Shown: in pieces, positions 15,740 to 37,000 of the stretch
How positions within the stretch are numbered: the first letter of the stretch is position 1
Layout: every line of letters starts with the position of its first letter
Source: the human T2T-CHM13v2.0 reference genome, Homo sapiens
Assembly (NCBI RefSeq): GCF_009914755.1
Contig: NC_060935.1
Strand: one strand, 5' to 3'
Length of the DNA: 64,000 nucleotides
Translations under genes and position numbers: made by a program
The notes under the pieces: model-generated
Told to the model about the DNA's origin: nothing
Databases searched by the model: none
Seen by the model: the letters and a program-made list of their open reading frames with translations, nothing else

Positions 15740-15755
15740 TTATGCTTCTGAAGTG
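15740..15755 (-). CDS. NRIP3: NRIP3 terminal coding segment, exon 7 (N-T-S-E-A-stop)
   Basis: Acceptor tctcatttcag|C ACT TCA GAA GCA TAA; exon sum 174+165+83+140+53+95+16=726 nt = 241 aa + stop. Confidence 0.9.
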
Positions 15756-16069
15756 CTGAAATGAGAAATAAATATCAGGAGAAATAATGCCAAATTCAAA
15801 AAAAGTTAAGCTGAAGGCAAGTAAAATTTTGCTTTCAAAGCTAGTCATTTCCCTACCACTCTGTGTGGCATCACCATTGCTCATTCTGATGTGTGCACTA
15901 CAGAGTTTTGTGGGGTGATGAACTCTGGGTGTGGGGAAGGGTGGATTTGTAGTATAATTGAAAGCCAAAGACAGGATACAACCCCATGTCCTGTCTGAGA
16001 ACCACCACCACCCTGCTCGCAGCTGATGACAAATGGATGTGACTTGATCTGACCCATTTGGGCACTCAC

Positions 16070-16164
16070 TTGTCTTCATTCAAAGAGACTGTCTCCACAA
16101 AAGGGATTTCTTCCTTGTCTGTCTTCCCCATGATCAGCCGGTGCTTATCCAAGTTTATGATGCA
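16070..16164 (-). CDS. NRIP3: NRIP3 coding exon 6 (CIINLDKHRLIMGKTDKEEIPFVETVSLNED)
   Basis: Acceptor tgttttcag|, donor CAA|gtgagt, 95 nt, phase 0-2. Confidence 0.95.
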
Positions 16165-16266
16165 CTGAAAACAGGTAACTTGTCAGTGATACCACTATGA
16201 GTTCCTGTGTAAGAGGATACCTGCCTCAGAGAGGAAGTATCAAGGGGTAAGTGGAGTCAATCTTAC

Positions 16267-16319
16267 CTTCAGAGATCGGAGAGTCTGTAGACCAAGGGAC
16301 AAGTTTTTCTCATTGTCAT
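16267..16319 (-). CDS. NRIP3: NRIP3 coding exon 5 (DDNEKNLSLGLQTLRSLK)
   Basis: Acceptor ttttattag|, donor AAG|gtaaga, 53 nt, phase 1-0. Confidence 0.95.
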
Positions 16320-16436
16320 CTAATAAAAACAAAAAAATGATTAAGATTTAGCCATTTCCATGCTTGCTTAGAAGTTGGCCTAATCACTATTAGGTTCCAT
16401 CCATCCATCCAATAACATCCAATAAACATATATTGA

Positions 16437-17663
<1,227 letters not shown>

Positions 17664-17905
17664 GAATTTTTTTTTTATCTGACCACATTTGTTTTACTGA
17701 TTGATTCTCAACATGTCTTGAATGTAGCTCAGGGCCCATCTATTACTTTGGAGAGCAAAAATTGGGACAAGGTCTACAGTACAAAAAAATGGGAACCATT
17801 TTGAAAAAGTCAATATTTACAGGCATGAGATGACATGAGGTTTTGTTGGGGGTAGGGAGAGGGTTTCCGTTAGGGTCCATAGGTCCAGCCCTCAATTCTG
17901 CTTAC

Positions 17906-18045
17906 CAACCACAGCTGCTGGGCAGTCCAGGCGGAGGGAGCCCAGTGTGATCACTAGGTGCTCAATCTGGCCCACTACTTTGAGATGCCGGGGTAGAGAA
18001 AGCTTTTCTCCTTCATGCTTGTGGGATTTGACATGCTCCTTGAGT
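17906..18045 (-). CDS. NRIP3: NRIP3 coding exon 4 (LKEHVKSHKHEGEKLSLPRHLKVVGQIEHLVITLGSLRLDCPAAVV)
   Basis: Acceptor gtacag|, donor TTG|gtaagc, 140 nt, phase 2-1. Confidence 0.95.
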
Positions 18046-18930
18046 CTGTACCAAAGAGGAAGATACCAAAATCCCCTTGACAGAGATTCCTGGTAGAATC
18101 CTGCAATGCCTACCTTCTGACCTACAATTGGAATTCTCCAGGGATCTCCTGGGATTAATCTACCGAAAAGTGCTAGCCATCCTACATATGTTGTTCCAGC
18201 ACTTTGTCCTAAACATGCCAGGGAGATATAAAAACACTAAAGACTCATCTCCCGTTCTCAAAAACCTTACATCACTTATGTGTATTGGTGAAGAGAGGGG
18301 AACTGATATATTCAGAGAATCCTATTCTGTATCCTACTATCCCCACTATTGTGTGAGGCAATTGAGTTGACACATCCTTTTACCCATCTGTGAGTAACAG
18401 ATACTAGAGAAGTCAGATTAATCCTAATTTTATAAGGTGCTTTGTTCAATGTGTAATTTTCTCATTGTCCTTTCTATTTCACTCTGTCTTCATCAGTCTG
18501 TCTTAGACTATAATGTTAATGGAGGCAAGTACTTATTTGGTAAGTGCACTGATATTCATATCAGCAAGGAATATCATGGAGAAAATCCTTGTTAATTTAA
18601 CTTGTCTGTGCAGGGGAGGAAGGAAAGAAACAGTACCAAGGTTTCACATGTTACATAAGCTGATTGGAATAGCTAGCACCCGAGCTATTATGGGTTGGTG
18701 GATAAATACTTAATTATGAACTTTCTGTGCCAATACTTCTGCTTTCCTCTATTTCCTCTCTTTTGGTGTTATAGCCCATCCAAAAGAAAAATAATTGCAG
18801 TTTTACAGATGGTTATTAATTCCTCTGGAATCATGGCAGTCTGCTGCCTAATTATGCACCAGGACATTGTTAGTCTTTCTGGAACCATCATGTTGCACTA
18901 TACTTCATATTTTTACCACACAAAAGCTCA

Positions 18931-19238
<308 letters not shown>

Positions 19239-19742
19239 CTAATTACCCTTATGATGGCCCAGGCCCAGTAGCAGCTGCAGTCCTATTCTCAGTTCTGATG
19301 GATGTTTCTTGGGGACCTGCAATGCATCCTCCAGAAAGACTCTGAGTAAGCTAAGCCCCACCACATCCCTACTTTTACTCATCTGGATGGAGTATACCAA
19401 CAGGACAGCTCCTTTTAATTTGCTATCTAGTGGATCAGGGCAGGGCACACAATGAGCCAGAGGTCTCAGGCTCTCTCATTCAAGTTTAGAGGTCTTTGCT
19501 CAAAACTTAATAGGGGGAGTTAACAGAAAGCCAAAGGTTTCCCTGCTCACTGATTTCTCCCACTTGCCGGATAACCCACTACTCCTCCCCTCTACTAAGG
19601 ATTCTGGTTCCAGCTGAGATCTGAACTCTGCATACTTCTCTTTGAGCTGCTGTAGAGACCCTCACCATCTCTAACCATAAAATAGAGTCAAGCGAAGAGT
19701 ACAGTCACATCTAAGTTCCACTCAGCACAAGTGCCTACTTAC

Positions 19743-19825
19743 CCCAATCTGTCCACACAGGCCAAAGAGATGAGATTATATAGGCAGCCTGTGTCAACCA
19801 AGGCTTTCACATCCTTTCCAGCACA
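19743..19825 (-). CDS. NRIP3: NRIP3 coding exon 3 (CAGKDVKALVDTGCLYNLISLACVDRLG), aspartyl-protease DTG motif
   Basis: Acceptor ccccacag|, donor GG|gtaagt, 83 nt, phase 0-2. Confidence 0.95.
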
Positions 19826-20312
19826 CTGTGGGGAGGAAATGTACTGTTCAATAAGAGCCAGAGAAGCGAAAGGGAAAGGAGATGCAGACAGCAAGCAGCA
19901 GATGTCATATGAAAGGCAGGGTTGGAGAGCATCCTCCCAATTATGGGTTATAGTGTCCCATCTTTACCCACTGCTAAGTCTGCCTTTGACTGGCTCTTGT
20001 TCCTGCTGAATCCAGAGCTGACAGAAGATCCCCCAAAAACTCTAGGTGTTTCATGCTATACACCAAATAGCTCTTAATCTTTTTTAAAAAAATCACATAC
20101 CCATTTGTAAATCTGATGAAAGCTTTGTTCCTTCTTCCCATAAAGATGCACATGCTTACAAAATGTTGCATACACTTCCAGTGTTGCATGGAGTGCCCCT
20201 TTTAAAACTCACTTATGAATTCCATGAGACCCACACTCTATAAAGTCAGGAGGAGAGGGCCCCACATCCTACTTTCCAGAAAACCCTGGAAAAGCTGTTC
20301 TCAGAACATTAC

Positions 20313-20477
20313 CTGGCAAGAAACCAAAATCATGTCATCCTCCTCAGACTTCTTTAGCCCCTCAGACTTAGCCTGATTGAGTTTGTTCGTCTTAGAGGCC
20401 CAAGGGACACGGGGACCGCTTCGGAGCTTAGACAGGTTGGTTTCCATGAGGCGCCTCTGCAGAATATTATGAGGTTG
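20313..20477 (-). CDS. NRIP3: NRIP3 coding exon 2 (QPHNILQRRLMETNLSKLRS...EDDMILVSCQ)
   Basis: Acceptor ccctcaag|CAA, donor CAG|gtaatg, 165 nt, phase 0-0, open frame. Confidence 0.95.
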
Positions 20478-22698
20478 CTTGAGGGATAGAAAGCAGAGAC
20501 TTCTTAGTGACAGGCCACATCCCTCTTTCCCATTGTCCCCCAGGTGCCATAAAAATAATGAAGGAGCCTCCCATAACTGAGCTCTATCTTTGCTTCTTAT
20601 TTATACTTCCTTCAAGTGAGGACTTCACTGGTATTGTCAGAGCAGGTACCATAAACCAATTTGCAGTAGGCCACCCTGAATGAATGAAAATGCAAGATAT
20701 GACACTGGGAAATGTGGAGAGGGCCGATAAATATTCTAGGGCTTAAGAGAACTGAGAACCCTTGTGATTTGGACTAACCTAGGCCTGCTACCTTTCTTCC
20801 CCTTACAAGAGCATTTCAAGGGAAAAGTGGTCTTAGTCTAGAGTAAGTAATCTCTGTATCTTCCTAGGTGACAGCAAATCACTGCCTTATAGAAAGGGCA
20901 GCTCATTTTCATAGGCTGAAGAAACTTAGCTAACACAGGTATTCAGAAGCTCTGCCTACTTCTGTGTCAAGTCTCACTCTCTTATCTTTCAGATGCAGCC
21001 TGCAGAAGCCTTAGTGGCTGGCTGTCCTGTGGACTGAGTCACCCATGGGTGGATAGGGTGAAAAGACAGGAATTCACACTTGCTGAGCAAGCCTCTCAGC
21101 AGACACACTTTGAAACCTGAGCGAACACACAAGAATCATCGATGCTGGCATCCCCTGGTCCTCAAAACACTGGTTTCTCCTGCCCTATCTTGTCATCCAT
21201 TTCCCTTCCCTTCAATGGCCCAAAAAGTGGAGGTATGAAGGGGAAAGACACTGACCAAGAAGCAGGGGACTTAATTAGACCTTATATGCATGCCAGGATG
21301 CCTAATATTAAGAAGCAGAATGAGAAGTGTGAGTTTAAGTCTACACTTTGATAGAGCTTAGGAGAGTTCCTAGGGCAGATATAATCATGCTCCACTGTTT
21401 CTATTCAAAGTGGCCTCCAGAAAGTTTAAGATATCTCTTGAAAAGAAATCCTTTGACTGGAGAAATTTGTATACACAAATATCTTATGTCCCGGCTACAA
21501 TACCATTTAAAATCCCTCAAAGGAGAGTGTTTAACCTAAAATCCCTCAAAGGAGAGTGTTTCACCCCAAGTTTCTATCTAACATATACCAGATGACACTT
21601 TCATTCTATGGGGAAGGAAGTCACTCTTAGAAGCCCAGAGCCTAGAACCTTTCAAGGGGAGGGGCTGGCACTGGAGGTCTTCAGTGTATCTGCCACCTTT
21701 CAGATTCCTAAGGAAGAATGCAGTCACAGCCATGACTCATTGTAACCCTAGTGAGATGAAGAAATGGATTCCCAAAATACACTGATTCTTGGCAAAGCAC
21801 ATTCTAAACTGGTATCTTTGGGAAAAGTGGAGGGAGAGGCACTTGTAAAGAAAATGAGAGCTTCTTAGCTTGACTAGGAGCTAGAGGAAGTGCTAACTCT
21901 GTCAGATTTTGTGATGCAACACTGGGATAATGCTTTGCTTCTCAAAAGAAATGAAAATGTTTCATTCGAATCTCTCTCACCAATAAGAATGGATTCCTAG
22001 CTCAAGCCATACTAAAGCAGGGTGTTTGTTTCTGTTACATCCATGCTTACCAGGACCAACTCAGATAAAACTGGACTTGTAGAAGTGAAGATTGGAAGGA
22101 GTTTCAAAGACCACCTAAACAAAGCCCTCTTACCTAAAGTTTGGGGATGTCTTCCTACATTGGTCTTGCTAAACACTTTATCTAGTTCTTAATCTTGCAA
22201 AGGAACCTAATCATTAGTGGACAGATGAGACAAACGAGGGAAGTTCTGAAATCATTATGCTTGAATTCATCCCTTTTCTGTATTTTCCTCTTTCTACTGG
22301 ATTCTTCTTCCAAAAGTTATAAAACATACTAAAAGTTCCTAGATATTGGGGAGCAAACTCCTCCACAAAATGTCAGATCCTGCTGCCTTTACTCTACAGC
22401 CTCCTTTAATCACCCTCCTTATCTGGAATGGTCTTTTTAAAAAAAGACTAAACCATGACATCTATTTTCTGATATCCCATATTTTCTTCACTGAGATCAC
22501 TTCTTATCCCATACCAATAATTACCTCTGATTTCCAAATACAATAGACATTTTCAGCCTTAATTTTACCAGACTTTTCTAGTGCATTTGGCCCTGCTGAC
22601 TATTCCTTTACTTGTTCTTTAGTAACCAAAAAAGGTTCAAACACATGCTCAATGTAAAATACTTAAGTATCACTGAAATATATAAAATAAAAAGCAAA

Positions 22699-26023
<3,325 letters not shown>

Positions 26024-26879
26024 GTAAGACTAGATAGATAGTGATGAAAACAGTTAATTAAGAAATAGCAGTATCACCATTTACTTGGAGATATGGAGAT
26101 CCCTAACACAAGCAACAGCTTTAAATTTTTAAAAGTTTTAAATTATTTACATTTTTAAAAATTTTAAATAAAAATATACCCCATGTAGCAGAAAAGAGTT
26201 CAGCCACAAGAAAAGCCAACTTACCGTAGTTTAAATGGAGATTTATTTTTCTCACATAACAAGAAGTCTAGACATAGAAGCTGCTGATACTAACTCAGCA
26301 GCTTAACAACTTCAGGGCTATTGACTCTGTTAATTCTCTTGGACATTCCTTCATGGTCACAGATGAATACCCCAGCTCCAGGCATTATATCCACATTCAA
26401 GAAATGAGGAAGGAGGAGGGACTACACTAACACCATCAATTGCTTTTATCAGAAAAGGAAAAGCTTTCCCAGAAGTTCCTTCAGCAGTTTTTTGCCCATA
26501 TCTTCTTGGTCAGAACTCATATGGCCACTCCTAGCTCTAACAGACATTGGGAGAGAATTTAGCTTTTATAATCTCTATAGAGGAGTTCAGCATAAAGAAA
26601 AGGGCTAAGGATGGGTGATAATTTAGCCAACTAACAGTGTCTGCCAGATGCAAAAACTAAAGCATGTGCACACACACAATGTAACTTAGGCAGGTATAAT
26701 GCCAGGTTATCTTATAACCAGCTTAGCATCTATTTTCTTATGTCTGCCCTACTTTCTGCATTTTAAAACAGCACATCCTTGACAGACAAGTTTGTGGTAT
26801 AAGCATACCTTAACTATTTACTAATGGGCATTTAGATTATTTTCATATGTTTGCCATTAGAAACAATGCTGCAATAAAC

Positions 26880-32300
<5,421 letters not shown>

Positions 32301-32976
32301 TAACTGATCTGTCCTTCCCTGCCCCCAACCTATAAACCTGTTTATAATGAGAAACTTTTCTGTCTTCCTATTTGTGTCTTAGCCCCTAGACTGTGTCCTG
32401 AACACAGCAAGTATTCAAATAATGTTTGCTATTACGAGGATGCAATCACGACTCTGCAAATCTTCAGTTTGTGCCAGATCTTGGTGTTATACTGGTATTT
32501 CACGCTTCTCTTCTAAGCCTCTGAAATTCTCCAGCCCATGATTTGTGGTGATATGGATAGCTAATCTATAGGGCACACCACACAGACCTGCTCTAATAGA
32601 CAGAGATTCTGTTCAGGTATTTTATGGTAAGTTTGCTTTACTGTGTTCAACCATCTTTCCCCCAGCATCATTCCTAATTCTAGTCAGTTTTGAAAAAGCA
32701 TTTAGCTATGATCAGAAGCAATCATATGTAGGAAAGAAAAACTCTATTGCCAGACAAGTAAGAATATGGCCTAATGCCTACAGGTAAGTATAATATCATT
32801 TAGGAAAGACAGCATATTACCACATAACATGACTGTTTTTAAAAATTAAAAAGTCCTTAGCACAATGAGAAAAACTTTTATGAACCTGGTAGCTAAAACA
32901 AGATAAATTACAATAGGCAAATTTCCAAGAACGGAGATGTTTTTCTCCAGCTTCACTGAGTTAAAAAAAAAAATCA

Positions 32977-33270
<294 letters not shown>

Positions 33271-35968
33271 CAAATATAATATTACTCACTCATATCTCTG
33301 GTTTTAGTTCTTAATCTAATACAGAATGAACAATACAAGATAAAAGGATAAAAGCAAAAGGGGCAGACAAAAATATAATTTCCACAGAAGACTTTGTATC
33401 AGCCAACTCCAGATACACAGGAATAGGCAAAGGCACTTTCCTGGGGCCAAGAGAACATGACCCCCTTTGATTTCCTATGGTTGCCTTCTGCCAGTCCTAA
33501 AAGAGCTGGCAGGCTGGTATCAAGCAGTGAACATTACAGAAACAGCATAGTAAGAGGTAGATAATTCAGAAATCCCAGCGGTATATTCAAATATAGGTTG
33601 CTGGTATGAGGAAAAACAACCTACAATCTTCACAAACCCAAAAGTCAATAACAACTAATTTCTCCTCTCTCTTCCTTATCTCCCTCTGATGCTATCCTCT
33701 CCCTTTTCTTGGACTCCTTCTATCGAGATTATACTATAAACTACTCCAAGTAAGAACTATTCAATTAATTTTAACATCCTCCAAATTTCCCTTGCAGTGA
33801 GAGAAAATTGAGTCAACACTGGTCTATCCCACATGTATTTATAAAGTAAAAGAATAATAATGTACTTCTAAGGTCACTTCTAAGATTGTACTAAGGCTGC
33901 AACAACAGTTCCAAGAGAGTTTAAGCATGCTGCCTCACCCCAGCGCTTGCGGCTCTCCTAGCCCTACCTCGGTCTGCCTTGGTTTCTGTAACCTGGCTGT
34001 TCTGTGCAATCACTTGTACATTATAGGTGTGAAAACAGTGAGAGAGGGAAATCAACTCCATGACAGTGGGGCACAGAAAGCGTGAACCATGATTCAGAGC
34101 CTTACAGTCAACTGTCATGTGTATGTGTCATACTCAAGGCAATATCCTGCTTCTTGAGGCTCCTTCCTCTTTGCAGCCTGCTGCCTGTGCTGTATGCTAT
34201 CAGCCCTTTGTGACTCAACTGAGACAGACTAGAGTCAGAAAAGCGGATGGAATTCTTACACAGCATGAAGTAGTATAAGAAATCCTAGGCAGAAGGAAGT
34301 TCAGGTAGCTCTCAGGGCTAGGAAACTCCTCGACAACGAGGGACAACCAAATCCAGCATTTAAAAACTCTGTATTTTAATTCTTCTCTTAATATAATACT
34401 TCCTTCTTTATTGATTGCTGAGCATTCTAGGAACTAGGATAGGATTATTTGGCCTGAAGGAAAGAATACTTCTCGAACCTGATTTGTTAAATGAATCGAG
34501 ATTGCTTTAAAGTGAAAGAAGGGAAAAGAGAGTTATCTCTTTTGCAGGAGCACATTTCAATCACTTATCACTCTGGGTTAGCATAAATCAGATAAACTAT
34601 CCTGTGGGTTGTGCAAAAAGCAAAACAAAACAAAAAAACACAACTTGTAAAAAAAACAGAGCAAGATAACTGAAGTAGACAAACTCTGCACAGAAGTAAC
34701 TAATGGCAGGGAGGAGAAAAATTATACTGTGTATAATTTTTGTATATTATATTATACTGTGTATAATATAATGTACCTGTGTATCATTAGAGCTGTTAAA
34801 TTAAAAAAAAAAAAAAAAAAAAAAAGGAAATGGATGCAGAAGCTCTGCCCTCCTGGGGCCAGAAATGGCAATTTCAGTGAACTAGGGCCGACAACCACAT
34901 CCAAAATTAAATATTTCAAAAGCTTAAAATAAAAAATACTAGAAAAATTATGCAGAGCACCTATTTCATTTGTTAAAAGACATTTAATTAGTGTTTCACA
35001 TATTACCACCCAAATGAATAAAGCGATTGTGAAATTCAAGAAAACAATCAAACTACAAGAAAACTCCAGATAAAACTACAAAGTTAAACATAAACTTGGC
35101 CCAGGACCACTACAGTGGCCGAGGGATGACAAATACAGTTCTTTATATTGGTAACCCTTAGCCATCCATCCCATTCTATAGAAAGAGGACAGTACCATCT
35201 TTGACCCCAGGCCCCCTGTCCTGAGGTGCTTCTACTTAATGCCAGGAACAACTGTGCTAGAAAAAAAGACTGCACCCACCCCAGCTCCAGATGCACACAT
35301 TAGCTGGTCGGTGAGATGCAGCAGCCTGGCTTCCTCCCTCTACCCACTCCTTGGGGGCGGGGCTGGAAGAGGAGAATGATGAAGAGATGTTGGGGGTTCA
35401 GGAAACCTTCACATTTGGCCCCTTTTCTCTCTCCCCACTCAGGATGGAAGGTCAAAGTTAGGACCAAAACTAGAGAAGTGGGTTTTGCATAGGGGGACAA
35501 TGGATTCAACAGAAGTCCTCTGGATCTGGCAACTGTCAAAAAACCCTCTTTCCACTTCTTTCCCCCTCACGGAAAGCCATTAGGAATCACCTCTGTCTGG
35601 GTCATAGGAACAGCCACACAGCATAGGAGGCACAAGCCCCGTGAACAAAATTCGGTATTAAGAATAAGGAAAAAGAAAGAAGACCCGAGGGCAAGAGGGC
35701 AGGGCAGGACCTCTTCTTTCTACTGGAGAAGAGACATCCAGGGAGGAGGCACAGCCGAGGGGAGCGCAAGCTAGAAAAGCTACGACGGAATCCCCACCGA
35801 AACCGCAGCAGGGGTACTGGAAGGGGAGGAATCCGCGACGCAGCGACCGCGAGCCAAGGGCAGCGGCGGGCCGGGCCGTGACTCAGTGAAAGCCGCAACG
35901 GCCGGGCCTCGGAAAACGGCGGGCGCGAAGCCGCCGGGGCCGGGGCGAGAACGGCGGCGGGGGCTCAC

Positions 35969-36142
35969 CATGTCCTTGGACGAGCCCAGCTTCTTGAGGC
36001 CGTCCAGGGGCAGCAGGTCGGCGGAGTCCTTGTGGATGAACTGCACCGCCTGCTTCATCCGGCGCTGCTGTCGCAGTGACGCCGCCTCCCGCATGTCGGT
36101 CTCCTTGCGGCCGCCCTCAGTGAGGAGCCCTGAGTAAAACAT
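35969..36142 (-). CDS. NRIP3: NRIP3 coding exon 1 (MFYSGLLTEGGRKETDMREAASLRQQRRMKQAVQFIHKDSADLLPLDGLKKLGSSKDM)
   Basis: ATG at 36142, 58 codons, then donor ATG|GTGAGC (phase 0); recognised NRIP3 N-terminus; within CpG island. Confidence 0.96.
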
Positions 36143-36232
36143 CGCTGAGGCGCCGGCGGCCCGGTAGCCCACAGCCCCCCGGCAGCCTCAGCCTCGAGCT
36201 CCTCCAGCGCCGCAAGGGCCCCGAGCCGCGCC

Positions 36233-36290
36233 TTTTATAGCCGAGCGTGACGTCGCGGGGAGCAGCCAGTGCGCGCGCGGGGGGCGGGGC
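36233..36290 (-). promoter_or_regulatory. NRIP3: NRIP3 core promoter: TATA box (TATAAAA 36233-36239), near-consensus CRE (TGACGTCG 36248-36255), GC box (GGGGCGGGGC 36281-36290)
   Basis: Motifs read directly; the TATA predicts a TSS near 36209, ~67 nt upstream of the ATG. Confidence 0.8.
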
Positions 36291-36299
36291 CGGCACAGA

Positions 36300-37000
36300 G
36301 TCCACGCCCCGCGCGGCTCCCTCGCGTCCCGCGTCCCGCGTCCCGCGTCCCCTGCTCACCCGGTGGCAAAGCCGGCGAGGAGGCGGCGGCGCTGGTGGGG
36401 ACTGACCCGGCAGTCCGAGAATCCACCGCGGCCTTTTCACCCAACCGCCCCCTCCTGCGTGGGGGCCCCGCATCCCCTGGACTGGCGTGGGCTCTGGGGC
36501 CCGATGCCCTGGCAGCCCCGGCCATCTCTGCCGCTGGCCGCGGGTACCTGCTCACCTGTCCACGCCGTGGCCGACCCGGGGATCACCGACAGCCGGGCCA
36601 TGCCTCGAGTCCCGCCGCCCGCGCCGCTGCTCGGCTTCTCAGAAACGCACCTCCACGCCGCCAGCCGGGGCTCCAGGGTCCACCGCCCGGGCCCGGAGGA
36701 CTGGCGACTCCCTCCGAGGTTGGGAGCGCTCCGGATTTCTCCAACTTCAGGTCGGTCCCCACCCACCGGGCCACGTGACTGGGGAGGGGGCAGCCGGTGC
36801 AGGCGTGTGGAGGAGGCTTTCGGGACCTCCTCCCCCGGGCACCCTCTGCCTGCAGCCCGGCACCCGGCCCGCGTTTCCGAGCCGGGGGAGCAGGTGCAGT
36901 CGGAAGCCCGCGGGTGGGCGTGGGGCGGGGGAGTGGCGAGGGTCCCCCGCCTCCGCGGGAGCGCACGCGGCTGCGAGCCCTACACCTGCTCTCCGACCAA
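36300..37000 (+). ncRNA. Possible 5' end of a divergent lncRNA (NRIP3-DT) from the shared CpG island
   Basis: The island extends ~700 bp upstream of the NRIP3 TSS; based on recollection of a divergent transcript at this locus; exon structure not determinable from sequence. Confidence 0.3.

Larger units (their letters stand above)
35750..36990. promoter_or_regulatory. NRIP3: CpG island / NRIP3 promoter, probably bidirectional
   Basis: Very GC- and CpG-rich ~1.2 kb segment spanning exon 1, unlike the CpG-depleted flanks. Confidence 0.92.
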
